Shown here in pieces: positions 1-8,707 of a stretch of DNA of 32,000 nt (its first letter is position 1; each line of letters begins with the position of its first letter). This DNA comes from an uncultured bacterium (GTDB lineage: Bacteria; Auribacterota; JACPWU01). The notes under the pieces are model-generated. The model was not told where the DNA came from. It saw only the letters and a program-made list of their open reading frames with translations, and ran no database searches. The translations under genes and the position numbers were made by a program. The DNA is taken from the NCBI GenBank assembly GCA_964640155.1, contig CAZXEQ010000005.1, forward strand, positions 90,001 to 122,000, given 5' to 3'.

Positions 1-539
1 AGTGAAACCTTTTTAAATTTTCCCCAACGAATTTGACTGAGTCCAATGTACTCTGCAAAACCCTCATTAAACCAGAGAGGGGGATGTTTCATGACCTGAT
101 AAATCACCGCATGTGTCAATTCATGCGCCAAAATAGGCAAAGTATGCTTAAGCGATTGATGCCACACCACTATTTCATTCTTTTCCTCGCTAAAAAAACC
201 TCCAATAAATTGAATCTCTCCCCTATCTTTTTTTACATACTTCCAAAAAGCATTTTTATTCTCCAAAATTTTGATTTTGACAGGATTTGAACTCTCAGCG
301 TTCAAATCTAAAATACGATATAAATTTTCATAAACAGTTGAAATCCCTTTTGCATAATGGCGTGTTTGTGTTTTTGAAGCCCAACTTTCTAAAACCCAGG
401 CTTTAGTCTCAACTTTAAAATAGTCTGCCTCCTTTTGCAGTGTAAAATGCTCCTGCTTCCCCGCAAAACTAAAAGAGACCATTAGAAACATGATCAAAAT
501 CAAACCATTTATTCTTTGGATGTTCTTAAGATTTTTCAT
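1..539 (-). CDS. Secreted zinc metallopeptidase, MA-clan / DUF1570-like (C-terminal part runs off the window start)
   Basis: Absent from the ORF track because it has no stop in the window. My translation of the minus strand from the ATG at 539-537 stays open to position 1. N-terminus MKNLKNIQRINGLILIMFLMVSFSFAGKQ looks like a signal peptide. LPILAHELTHAVIYQVMKHPPLWFNEGFAEYIG carries HExxH followed by NEGxAEY, as in DUF1570/peptidase-MA proteins. Confidence 0.6.
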   Translation of the reverse strand, partial: MKNLKNIQRINGLILIMFLMVSFSFAGKQEHFTLQKEADYFKVETKAWVLESWASKTQTRHYAKGISTVYENLYRILDLNAESSNPVKIKILENKNAFWKYVKKDRGEIQFIGGFFSEEKNEIVVWHQSLKHTLPILAHELTHAVIYQVMKHPPLWFNEGFAEYIGLSQIRWGKFKKVS

Positions 540-554
540 ATTCTTATGATAAGA

Positions 555-579
555 TGGAAATAAAATAGGGTAAAGCGTT
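555..579 (+). promoter_or_regulatory. Possible ECF-type autoregulated promoter (TGGAAA ... CGTT)
   Basis: TGGAAA at 555-560 and CGTT at 576-579 lie ~25-35 nt upstream of the sigma-factor start. This resembles the GAAC-N16-CGT pattern of ECF promoters, but the spacer is about 1 nt short. Pattern match only. Confidence 0.2.
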
Positions 580-614
580 GTTATCTTATAAAGAAAGAAA
601 AGGTGTTATTTTCT

Positions 615-1247
615 ATGCCTACAAAAGAATTTGAATCTTTAGCACAAGATCATCTTAACGCCCTCTATCGCACAGCGTTACGTATGACAAGAAATGAACA
701 TGACGCTCAAGATCTCGTGCAGGAAGCTGTTCTTAAAGCATTCCGAAACTTTGATCAATTTCAAAAAGGGACTAATTTCAAGGCTTGGATTTTTAGAATC
801 ATGACCAATACGTACATTAATCAGTATCGAAAAAAGGTAAAGGAACCTGCCTTTACTGATTTTAGCCTCATTGAACCCATTTATGAAGAAATCGTGAAAG
901 AACCCGTTCACTTCTCAATGGCAGAAATTGATTCTTTAAGAGAAAACCTTTCGGACGAAGTAGCCCTTGCCTTAGATCATTTAGCCCCCGAACATCGTTT
1001 GGTTTTTCTTTTAGCGACGGTTGAAGATTTTTCCTATCAAGAAATTTCTAAACTTACGGATTGCCCCATCGGAACAGTGATGTCCAGACTTTTTAGAGCT
1101 CGAAAATTGCTTCGTGAACAGTTATGGAATTATGCTCAAAAACAAAGAATCGTTTCTGCTAAACAAAATTCACAATCACTGAGCATCTCCTCTCCTCCAA
1201 AAGATCTCTCCCTAGAAGAAAGGAGCTCTTATCATGAAATGTCCTGA
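615..1247 (+). CDS. ECF (extracytoplasmic function) RNA polymerase sigma-70 family factor
   Basis: Region 2 reads LNALYRTALRMTRNEHDAQDLVQEAVLKAFRNFDQF...FKAWIFRIMTNTYINQYRK. Region 4 helix-turn-helix reads FSYQEISKLTDCPIGTVMSRLFRARKLL. The ORF track starts at GTG 603; I prefer ATG 615 because the AAAGG lies ~12 nt upstream of it. Confidence 0.9.
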   Translation: MPTKEFESLAQDHLNALYRTALRMTRNEHDAQDLVQEAVLKAFRNFDQFQKGTNFKAWIFRIMTNTYINQYRKKVKEPAFTDFSLIEPIYEEIVKEPVHFSMAEIDSLRENLSDEVALALDHLAPEHRLVFLLATVEDFSYQEISKLTDCPIGTVMSRLFRARKLLREQLWNYAQKQRIVSAKQNSQSLSISSPPKDLSLEERSSYHEMS

Positions 1248-2064
1248 GGTTCGTCAAAAGCTCTATCTTTTTCTGGATAATGAACTCGATATCGAAAACA
1301 ATCTAGATATTCTTACTCATTTGGATTTTTGTCCGGATTGTAGTACCAGCTTTGAAAATGAAAGAAATATAGAAGAACTTTTAAAAGAGAAAATTCCTCG
1401 AGAAATTGCTCCAAAACAATTATGGAATGAAATTCGTTCTAAACTTCATGTAGCCGATAAGTTTTCCCCTCGTGAAAATATTTTTGGAAAAAGATTTTTT
1501 CTGGTTGCCTCTACCATTGCAGCAACTCTAGTCATGGGTGCCAGTATCGTTTACTATTTAGCTTGGCCATCTCGAGTCAATGCAGATACTTTGATTAACC
1601 AATCTGTGCAACTACATCAGCAAGCTTTAAAAGGACAACTCCCCACAGAAACTCCAGAAGCAATCGGGGAAAGCATAGAAAAAAATCAAACGCCTATCTC
1701 ACACTCTGGCTTATATGCTTGTAACCATGATCTCTCAAAGTTAGGGTATTCAGCAGATGGACCTTGTGTCACTTCTGACCATCTCTTTCCCCGCCAACGT
1801 GTAGCCCTTGTCATCTATCACAAGGGGCCTCAACATTTATCGCACTTTATTTTAAGGAATACTGACATTACATTACCTCAAAGCGCGTTTCGTAAAGTTC
1901 CTAAAACACAACGTCGGTATTACCTTTTTATAGCCAGACCTTATAAAATCATTGTTGTGAGAAAAGGCAAAAACCTTTGTCTTTTTGTGGGCAATTTAAA
2001 ACGAGAGCAGATTCCAGATATTGTCAAGATTGGGGCAAAACGAACTTTATCCGCAGAAAATTAA
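1234..2064 (+). CDS. Anti-sigma factor, zf-HC2 type, single-pass membrane protein
   Basis: Overlaps the sigma gene by 14 nt, suggesting translational coupling. N-terminal H-x3-C-x2-C motif (LTHLDFCPDCS). One TM segment (FFLVASTIAATLVMGASIVYYLAW) followed by a ~170-aa C-terminal domain I do not recognise. Confidence 0.75.
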   Translation: MKCPEVRQKLYLFLDNELDIENNLDILTHLDFCPDCSTSFENERNIEELLKEKIPREIAPKQLWNEIRSKLHVADKFSPRENIFGKRFFLVASTIAATLVMGASIVYYLAWPSRVNADTLINQSVQLHQQALKGQLPTETPEAIGESIEKNQTPISHSGLYACNHDLSKLGYSADGPCVTSDHLFPRQRVALVIYHKGPQHLSHFILRNTDITLPQSAFRKVPKTQRRYYLFIARPYKIIVVRKGKNLCLFVGNLKREQIPDIVKIGAKRTLSAEN

Positions 2065-2074
2065 TCCATCAAAA

Positions 2075-2833
2075 TTATTCTTCTATTTTCTTGAGATGAA
2101 GAAAATATTCTACATTTCCTGCAGGGCCTTTAAGAGGAGATTGAAAATCATTTAAAACTTGGCATTTTAAACTCTGAGCAAAAAAACTTATTTTCTCAAC
2201 TGCAGCAAGGCGATCAGACTCTTCTCGAACAACACCCCCCTTACCCACCTGAGACTTTCCAACCTCAAATTGAGGTTTAACCAAGGCAACCACTTCCCCT
2301 TTTTCCTTTAGAAGAGGGATGACAGCCGGAAGGATTTTATCCAAAGAGATAAAAGATACATCAATCGTTATAAAATCCATTTTCTCAGGGAAATCTTCTT
2401 CTTTTAAATATCGGGCATTAACCTTTTCAAGAACCACTACACGCGGGTCATTGCGCAGCGAAATATCCAACTGTCCATACCCTACATCTACTGCATAAAC
2501 TTTTTGAGCCCCTCTTTGTAAAACACAATGGGTAAAACCTCCAGTAGAGCTTCCAACATCTAAAACAACTTTTCCTTCAAGCTGAATTGAGAATGCATCT
2601 AAGGCAGGATCAATCTTTTCTCCACCCCGACTGACAAAACGTTTACGGCTCAAAACTTCAATATCAACATCGGGGAGGAAAATTTCATTAGATTTGTGCA
2701 CCAACTGAGACTTAACCCTTACATATCCTGCTAGGATGGCCTTTTGAGCATCAGTGCGACTTTGGAAAAAATTACGCTCAACAAGAATTTGATCAATGCG
2801 TTTTTTAGGAGACATGAGTTGAATATCGTTCAT
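2075..2833 (-). CDS. tlyA: TlyA-family 16S/23S rRNA (cytidine-2'-O)-methyltransferase
   Basis: N-terminal S4-like segment (RIDQILVERNFFQSRTDAQKAILAGYVRV). FtsJ-like SAM-binding motif (VLDVGSSTGGFTHCVLQRGAQKVYAVDVGYGQL). Lies downstream of dxs as in Bacillus. The start could be the second Met at 2815. Confidence 0.85.
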   Translation of the reverse strand: MNDIQLMSPKKRIDQILVERNFFQSRTDAQKAILAGYVRVKSQLVHKSNEIFLPDVDIEVLSRKRFVSRGGEKIDPALDAFSIQLEGKVVLDVGSSTGGFTHCVLQRGAQKVYAVDVGYGQLDISLRNDPRVVVLEKVNARYLKEEDFPEKMDFITIDVSFISLDKILPAVIPLLKEKGEVVALVKPQFEVGKSQVGKGGVVREESDRLAAVEKISFFAQSLKCQVLNDFQSPLKGPAGNVEYFLHLKKIEE

Positions 2834-2877
2834 CAGTTGATCGGTTAACGGGAGAACAGACTAATGGGATAACTGAT

Positions 2878-4794
2878 TTATCCACTGAATGCAAAATCTT
2901 TTTCTGAAGAGGTAGATTTATTCTGGAGAAGTTCTTTTTCAATACGCTCTTCAATTAAATGAGGGGCCAATCCAAAGCTTTCCCATACTTTATCCCGAGA
3001 GCCTTGTTCAATAAACACATCAGGTAAACCCAAACGAAGAAGCTCAATGGAAGAAAGTTTCTGAGTTTGAAGAAATTCTAAAAGGGCCGTTCCAAATCCA
3101 CCCATTAAAACATGATCTTCTAAAGTAACCCATTTACTAATTCTTTTTGAAAGTTTCAGAAAAAAAACTTCATCCAAAGGTTTAATAAATCTGGCATCAA
3201 TAACTTCTGCCAGAATTCCCTTCTTCTCTAGATTGGCAGCTACTTTCAAAGACATATCCACCATATCCCCAATGGCAATCAAGGCCACATCACGTCCTTT
3301 TTTCACAACTTCAGCAAAGCCAGCGTCTATATCCTTATACTGATTATCTCCTTGGTCATCTCGAACATTTCCTCTTGGATAACGCAAAGCAACAGGACCT
3401 TCTTGCAAGATAGCCCATTTCAAAAAGGCTTTTAAAGTCGCTTCATTACGAGGTTGAGCAATTTTTAAATTAGGAATAGATCGTAAAAATGAAAGATCAA
3501 AAACACCTTGATGGGTTGGGCCATCATCTCCCACAACCCCAGCTCGATCGATTGCAAAAACAACAGGAAGATTTTGAAGACATACATCATGGAGTACATG
3601 ATCATATGCTCTTTGAAGAAATGTGGAGTAAAGGGCTACAACCGGCTTTAAGCCTGTTGCAGCAAGCCCCCCTGCAAAGGTGACAGCATGTTCTTCTGCA
3701 ATACCTACATCATAGAATCGTTTTGGGAAGCGTTTTGCAAAATCAGCTAAACCTGTCCCAGAAGGCATGGCTGCAGTAATCGCCACAATGCGTGGATCTT
3801 TTTCAGCCAACTCAGATAAGGCATCTCCAAACGCAGCAGAAAAACTTTTCCCTTTAGACGCACCCAAAGGTTTACCTGTCGCCAAATCAAAAGGCGACAT
3901 GCCATGAAATTGATCCGGTCTTTCTTCAGCAGGTTTATACCCTCGACCCTTTTTCGTAACCACATGAAAAAGAATAGGACCTTTTAAATCTTTAATATCT
4001 TTAAAAATCTGAATCAGATTTGCTAAATCATGTCCGTCTTCAGGACCAAAGTAACGAAAACCTAAGGCCTCAAAAATCGTTCCCGGAATAAAAATATTTT
4101 TTATACTTCCTTCAATTTTATGAGCGGTCTCTACCATGCGATGACCTACTCCCGGGATTTTATCCACTAAATGTTCTAATTCTGACTTTACTTTGTTATA
4201 AACGGGATTGGTAATTACCTTGTTCATATAATGAGAAATGGCTCCGACATTGGGAGCAATAGACATTTCATTAGTATTTAAAATAACAATGATATCCGTC
4301 TTTAAAGCGCCTGCATTATTAAGAGCTTCATAGGCCAGCCCGCCTGTCATTGCTCCATCCCCAATAATAGCAACAACACGCTCGTTTGTTCCCTTTACAT
4401 CCCTAGCTGCCGCCATTCCTAAAGCTGCTGAAATCGAAGTACTGGCATGCCCTGCCCCAAATGCATCATAAGGACTTTCTGCAATTTTGCAAAAACCGGA
4501 AACCCCATTCATTTTCCTTAAAGTATGAAAGGACTCTTTACGGCCCGTAATGAGTTTATGAGGATAGCTTTGATTTCCTACATCCCAAACAATTTTATCT
4601 TGAGGGGCATTGAAAACATAATGAAGAGCTAATGTCAGCTCTGTCACACCTAAATTACTAGAGACATGTCCTCCATTCGCGGATACAACCTCTAAAACTT
4701 TTTCACGAAGTTCCTGAGCCAACACTTGAAGCTCTTCAATAGAAAGTGTTTTAATATCTTTTGGAGAATTGATTCGATCTAAAATTTTTGACAT
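2878..4794 (-). CDS. dxs: 1-deoxy-D-xylulose-5-phosphate synthase
   Basis: 638 aa with full-length Dxs hallmarks: GGHVSSNLGVTELTLALHYVF, IWDVGNQSYPHKLITGR, thiamine-diphosphate motif IGDGAMTGGLAYEALNNAG, and DGPTHQGVFDLSFLR. GGGGGT Shine-Dalgarno upstream. Confidence 0.97.
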   Translation of the reverse strand: MSKILDRINSPKDIKTLSIEELQVLAQELREKVLEVVSANGGHVSSNLGVTELTLALHYVFNAPQDKIVWDVGNQSYPHKLITGRKESFHTLRKMNGVSGFCKIAESPYDAFGAGHASTSISAALGMAAARDVKGTNERVVAIIGDGAMTGGLAYEALNNAGALKTDIIVILNTNEMSIAPNVGAISHYMNKVITNPVYNKVKSELEHLVDKIPGVGHRMVETAHKIEGSIKNIFIPGTIFEALGFRYFGPEDGHDLANLIQIFKDIKDLKGPILFHVVTKKGRGYKPAEERPDQFHGMSPFDLATGKPLGASKGKSFSAAFGDALSELAEKDPRIVAITAAMPSGTGLADFAKRFPKRFYDVGIAEEHAVTFAGGLAATGLKPVVALYSTFLQRAYDHVLHDVCLQNLPVVFAIDRAGVVGDDGPTHQGVFDLSFLRSIPNLKIAQPRNEATLKAFLKWAILQEGPVALRYPRGNVRDDQGDNQYKDIDAGFAEVVKKGRDVALIAIGDMVDMSLKVAANLEKKGILAEVIDARFIKPLDEVFFLKLSKRISKWVTLEDHVLMGGFGTALLEFLQTQKLSSIELLRLGLPDVFIEQGSRDKVWESFGLAPHLIEERIEKELLQNKSTSSEKDFAFSG

Positions 4795-4813
4795 ATATTA
4801 CCCCCACATCTCA

Positions 4814-5131
4814 CTAAAACAGTAACTCTTCTTCTTCAGAAGTTTCTTTATTATTTTTCTTTTCAGATACTTTTTTCTCTGATGAACTTTTACGATCTGA
4901 AAAATTTTTCTTTGTCACACGTCCATTTTCATCAGAAGCCAAAACTTCTATTCTCTTTTCAGCCTCCTGAAGCTTTTTGGAACAAAGCCGAACTAATTTA
5001 ATTCCTTCTTCATAGCGTTTCAAAGCATCTTCTAAACTAAGCTCATCCCCTTCTAAAAGAGTTACAATTTCTTCCAAACGCTTTAACGAATCTTCAAATG
5101 GACTCTGGGTTTCTTTCATAGATGCTCTCAT
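4814..5131 (-). CDS. xseB: Exodeoxyribonuclease VII small subunit with a long charged C-terminal tail
   Basis: FEDSLKRLEEIVTLLEGDELSLEDALKRYEEGIKLVRLCSKKLQEAEKRIEVL is the XseB core, and the gene lies directly downstream of xseA. The start could be the internal Met at 5119. Confidence 0.85.
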   Translation of the reverse strand: MRASMKETQSPFEDSLKRLEEIVTLLEGDELSLEDALKRYEEGIKLVRLCSKKLQEAEKRIEVLASDENGRVTKKNFSDRKSSSEKKVSEKKNNKETSEEEELLF

Positions 5132-5165
5132 TGTTTAAGAAGAGTTTGGATATTCTACGCTTGCC

Positions 5166-6380
5166 TCAGGAGGGTTTCAATAACTTTATCACTGAGACCA
5201 TTTTACCCTTGGACAATATGGTCTCAACTTCTTCTCCAATAGATATTTGTGAATACTCCTTCACAATTTTTAAGTCTTTCAATGTCCGTGTAACCGTATA
5301 TCCCCGATTCAAAATAGAAAGAGGGCTCAAAGCTTCCAAACGTTTTGAAAGAGATTCAAAAGAAGAACTTTTTGCCTGCATTTGTCTTTTGATTTGATGA
5401 AGACATCTCTCTAAAGAAAGATCCAAAGATTGATTGAGCATTTCCAGTCTAGCTTTGGGAAACTTAAAAACGGGATGTTGACTTAAATTTTGAAGCATTT
5501 TCTTGGCAGATTCAAAACGATTTCTTAAATAAAGGAGCATGTCTTTAGAAAATTGGTTCAATTGTTCTAAAAGATCACTTTTTTGAATAATCACCAGTTC
5601 CGCTGCAGCGGTCGGGGTGGGAACTCTTAAATCTGATACAAAATCGCAAATGGTCCAGTCAATTTCATGTCCCACTGCAGAAATCACAGGAATTTTAGAA
5701 TGGACAATGGCACGAGCCACTTTTTCATCATTAAAAGCCCATAAATCTTCAAGACTTCCTCCCCCACGTGTCACAATAATAACGTCTACTTCTGCCATTT
5801 CATTGAGGAGTTCAATCGCCTTTACAATTTGAGGAGGAGCTTCTATTCCTTGAACTAAAGTCGGTGCTAAAATAATATGAATATTGGAAAAACGCCGATC
5901 TAAGACATTTAAAATATCTTGGAAAGCAGCTCCTGTGGGACTCGTGACAATACCGATTCTAGAGGGAATACGAGGGATAGATCTTTTGCGGCTTGAGTCA
6001 AATAACCCCTCTTCAAAAAGTTTTTTCTTGAGCTGTTCGAAAGCCAATTGTAATGCACCAACGCCAGCTGGCTCCATTTTTCGAACATTGACCTGATAAT
6101 TGCCTGCCTTTTCATAAACGGTAATTCCACCCGACACAATGACTTTCATTCCATCTTGAAGGGTAAACCCTAGTCCTTTATTTCTGAAGGCAAAAAAAAC
6201 GGCTTGGATTTGAGAGGTTTCATCTTTTAATGTAAAATAAAGATGGCCTGAACTGGGAGATTTCACATTAGAAACTTCGCCTTCTATCCAAACAGAAGGG
6301 AAAGCAGTTTCGATATGACCTTTGAGTTCTTTTGTGAGTTCGCTAACTTTATAGATATGAACTTTTTCTAGAGTATTCAT
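5166..6380 (-). CDS. xseA: Exodeoxyribonuclease VII large subunit
   Basis: OB-fold N-terminus VSELTKELKGHIETAFPSVWIEGEVSNVKSPSSGHLYFTLKDE aligns with E. coli XseA. Catalytic region includes IGIVTSPTGAAFQDI and TRGGGSLEDLWAFNDE. I trimmed the start to Met13 of the track ORF (6380), which reproduces the E. coli N-terminal spacing. Confidence 0.93.
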   Translation of the reverse strand: MNTLEKVHIYKVSELTKELKGHIETAFPSVWIEGEVSNVKSPSSGHLYFTLKDETSQIQAVFFAFRNKGLGFTLQDGMKVIVSGGITVYEKAGNYQVNVRKMEPAGVGALQLAFEQLKKKLFEEGLFDSSRKRSIPRIPSRIGIVTSPTGAAFQDILNVLDRRFSNIHIILAPTLVQGIEAPPQIVKAIELLNEMAEVDVIIVTRGGGSLEDLWAFNDEKVARAIVHSKIPVISAVGHEIDWTICDFVSDLRVPTPTAAAELVIIQKSDLLEQLNQFSKDMLLYLRNRFESAKKMLQNLSQHPVFKFPKARLEMLNQSLDLSLERCLHQIKRQMQAKSSSFESLSKRLEALSPLSILNRGYTVTRTLKDLKIVKEYSQISIGEEVETILSKGKMVSVIKLLKPS

Positions 6381-6475
6381 AGAATAAGAAAAAGAGAAGC
6401 AAAAAGCTGGAAGCATGACTAAAACAACACTGCTATTTCATACTTCTTGTTTCTTGCTTCATTCCTCCATCTTTT

Positions 6476-8062
6476 TTATCTCGCGAACTCCACAGACCTT
6501 GTTTCCCGAATGACAGTTACTTTGATCACACCTGGATATTGGAGTTCACCCTGAATTTTTTTAGCAATATCTCTTGAAAGAAGAAAGGCCGCGTCTTCAT
6601 TAACTTCATCCGGTTTTACAATGACACGAATTTCTCGTCCTGCCTGAATTGCATAAGAACGTTCCACCCCTTTAAAAGCATTGGCCACTGCTTCTAATTT
6701 TTCAAGACGTTGTAAATAATTCTCAACGGTATCCGACCGAGCGCCAGGTCTGGCTGCAGAGATAGCATCAGCGACCTGACAAAGCGTACCCCAAACCGTC
6801 ATCTCAGCAATTTCAGCATGATGTCCTGCAATACCAGAAATACATTCTTCCGATTCACGGAACTTTCTTGCAAAATCCCCACCAATTACTGCATGACTTC
6901 CTTCTACTTCATGACTTAACGCCTTGCCAATATCATGAAGAAGACCAATACGCTTAGCTAACTTTACGTCCATTTTTAAATCAGCAGCTAAAGCACCCAT
7001 GAGCCAAGCAACTTCCTTCGAATGTTCTAAAACATTTTGACCATAACTGGTTCGATATTTTAACCGCCCCACTAATTTGACAATTTCTGGATGAATGGCC
7101 ACTAGACCGAGTTCAATGACAGCTTCCTCACCGGCACGACGAATGGTTTCATCTATTTCCTGTTTGACTTTAGCGACAACTTCTTCAATTCGACTTGGAT
7201 GAATACGCCCGTCTCGAATCAATTGTTCCAAAGCAATACGGGCAATTTCACGGCGAACCATATCAAAGGCAGAAATGACAATTGTCCCAGGGGTATCATC
7301 AATAATCAAATCGACACCGGTTGCCATTTCAAAGGTGCGAATATTTCTTCCCTCTCGCCCAATAATTTTTCCCTTAATCTCATCGCTGGCCAAAGAAACA
7401 GTTGTGACAGCAACATCCTGTACATGATCCATTACACAACGCTGCATCGCATCTACAACCAGTTCACGTGCTTTACGATCGATCTCCTGATGAATACGAT
7501 TCTCAGATTGGCGCACAACTAAAGCAGATTCTGACTGTACTTCTTCTTCAATCTTCGTCAATAAAAGCCTTTTTGCATCCTCTCGTGTGACACCTGCCAA
7601 ATTCTGTAACTGAACTCGTTCAACTTCTAAAACATTTTCTAATTCTTTTTCTTTGATTTGAATTTGTTCTTCTTTTGTTTTGATATTCTTTTCACGATTG
7701 CGAAAATCTAATTCTTTTTTTTCAAAGAGCTCTGTACGTTTTTCAAGCGTTTCTTCTCTCTGAAGAATTCTTTTCTCTAATTGGGTAATTTCCTGGCGAC
7801 GTTCTTTTAATTCTTTTTCAAATTCGTCACGCGCTCGATGAATTTCCTCTTTGGCATGTAGTTCCATTTCTTTGCGCTTAGTCTGCGCATCGACTTGAGC
7901 TTTTTCAATAACTTGTGTGGCCATTTTTTCAGCAGAACGTTTTGAAAGCTTGGCCCAAAAAAGACGTAAGAAAAAACCAACAAAAAGGGCAGGAATCCCA
8001 ACGCCCAATAAAGTTTCCTTCCAATAAGCTCTTAAAATATCAATCCAATGACTTACATCCAT
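6476..8062 (-). CDS. rny: Ribonuclease Y
   Basis: N-terminal TM helix, long coiled-coil, KH domain (KGKIIGREGRNIRTFEMATGVDLIIDD) and HD domain (IGLLHDIGKA...GHH). GAGGAG Shine-Dalgarno upstream. Confidence 0.95.
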   Translation of the reverse strand: MDVSHWIDILRAYWKETLLGVGIPALFVGFFLRLFWAKLSKRSAEKMATQVIEKAQVDAQTKRKEMELHAKEEIHRARDEFEKELKERRQEITQLEKRILQREETLEKRTELFEKKELDFRNREKNIKTKEEQIQIKEKELENVLEVERVQLQNLAGVTREDAKRLLLTKIEEEVQSESALVVRQSENRIHQEIDRKARELVVDAMQRCVMDHVQDVAVTTVSLASDEIKGKIIGREGRNIRTFEMATGVDLIIDDTPGTIVISAFDMVRREIARIALEQLIRDGRIHPSRIEEVVAKVKQEIDETIRRAGEEAVIELGLVAIHPEIVKLVGRLKYRTSYGQNVLEHSKEVAWLMGALAADLKMDVKLAKRIGLLHDIGKALSHEVEGSHAVIGGDFARKFRESEECISGIAGHHAEIAEMTVWGTLCQVADAISAARPGARSDTVENYLQRLEKLEAVANAFKGVERSYAIQAGREIRVIVKPDEVNEDAAFLLSRDIAKKIQGELQYPGVIKVTVIRETRSVEFAR

Positions 8063-8087
8063 AGATTCTCCTCAATCATAGAAAAAC

Positions 8088-8122
8088 TGACCCACGGTCA
8101 TCCCCGAGTGTCTCTGTCGGGG
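8088..8122 (-). terminator. Two small hairpins plus a U-run between the cyclo-ligase gene and rny (weak terminator or attenuator candidate)
   Basis: Minus strand reads CCCCGA-CAGAGACAC-TCGGGG, then TGACC-GTG-GGTCA followed by GTTTTTC. Only ~25 nt remain before the rny start, so rny needs read-through or an upstream promoter. Confidence 0.3.
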
Positions 8123-8128
8123 ATCCAT

Positions 8129-8707
8129 TTAAAACCTTAACACCCTTTTTTCCGTCACAAGGGCATCCATTTTTACATCATGAGCCTCGATCTGTAAAGC
8201 CTTACAAACTTGGACCTCATAAGCCAAACCTATTTTTACTTGCTTCGAAGTTAAATCTGATAAATATCGATCAAAATAACCTTTTCCCCATCCCACACGA
8301 ACTCCTTGTAAATCAAATGCAATCCCTGGGATCACAAAACAATCAATGTCCTCTTTAAAAACCTCTATTGTTCGATTCACACGAGGCTCTAAAATATCAA
8401 ACGCCCCTTTTTCACAATCCAATTCAAAATTTTGAACTTGTCGTGTTTCTAAATCTTTTTCATTGAGACATCGAGGCAAAACTGTTCTTTTACCATCATG
8501 CCATGCGGCTTGAATCATTTGAAGTGTGCTTACTTCAGAATCTTTGGCTATATAAAAAAATATTGTTTTAGCCTTTTGATACTCTTTCAAGCTTAGAAAA
8601 TGCCCTAAAATTTCTTCGTCTTTTTTTTGCCTCTCTTCAATGCTTAAACTTCCACGAAGTTTTAGGAATTTTTTTCTGTCGATTTTTTTTGTGTCTTCTG
8701 ACGCCAT
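8129..8707 (-). CDS. 5-formyltetrahydrofolate cyclo-ligase
   Basis: Family motif IPGIAFDLQGVRVGWGKGYFDRYL and overall size of 192 aa. The only start in frame overlaps the rarA 3' end by 46 nt. Confidence 0.85.
   Translation of the reverse strand: MASEDTKKIDRKKFLKLRGSLSIEERQKKDEEILGHFLSLKEYQKAKTIFFYIAKDSEVSTLQMIQAAWHDGKRTVLPRCLNEKDLETRQVQNFELDCEKGAFDILEPRVNRTIEVFKEDIDCFVIPGIAFDLQGVRVGWGKGYFDRYLSDLTSKQVKIGLAYEVQVCKALQIEAHDVKMDALVTEKRVLRF

Noticed and set aside
33-290. 85-aa plus-strand ORF from the track
   Set aside because: It lies wholly antisense to the open minus-strand frame that encodes a signal peptide and an HExxH peptidase. It has no recognisable motifs and is a shadow ORF.
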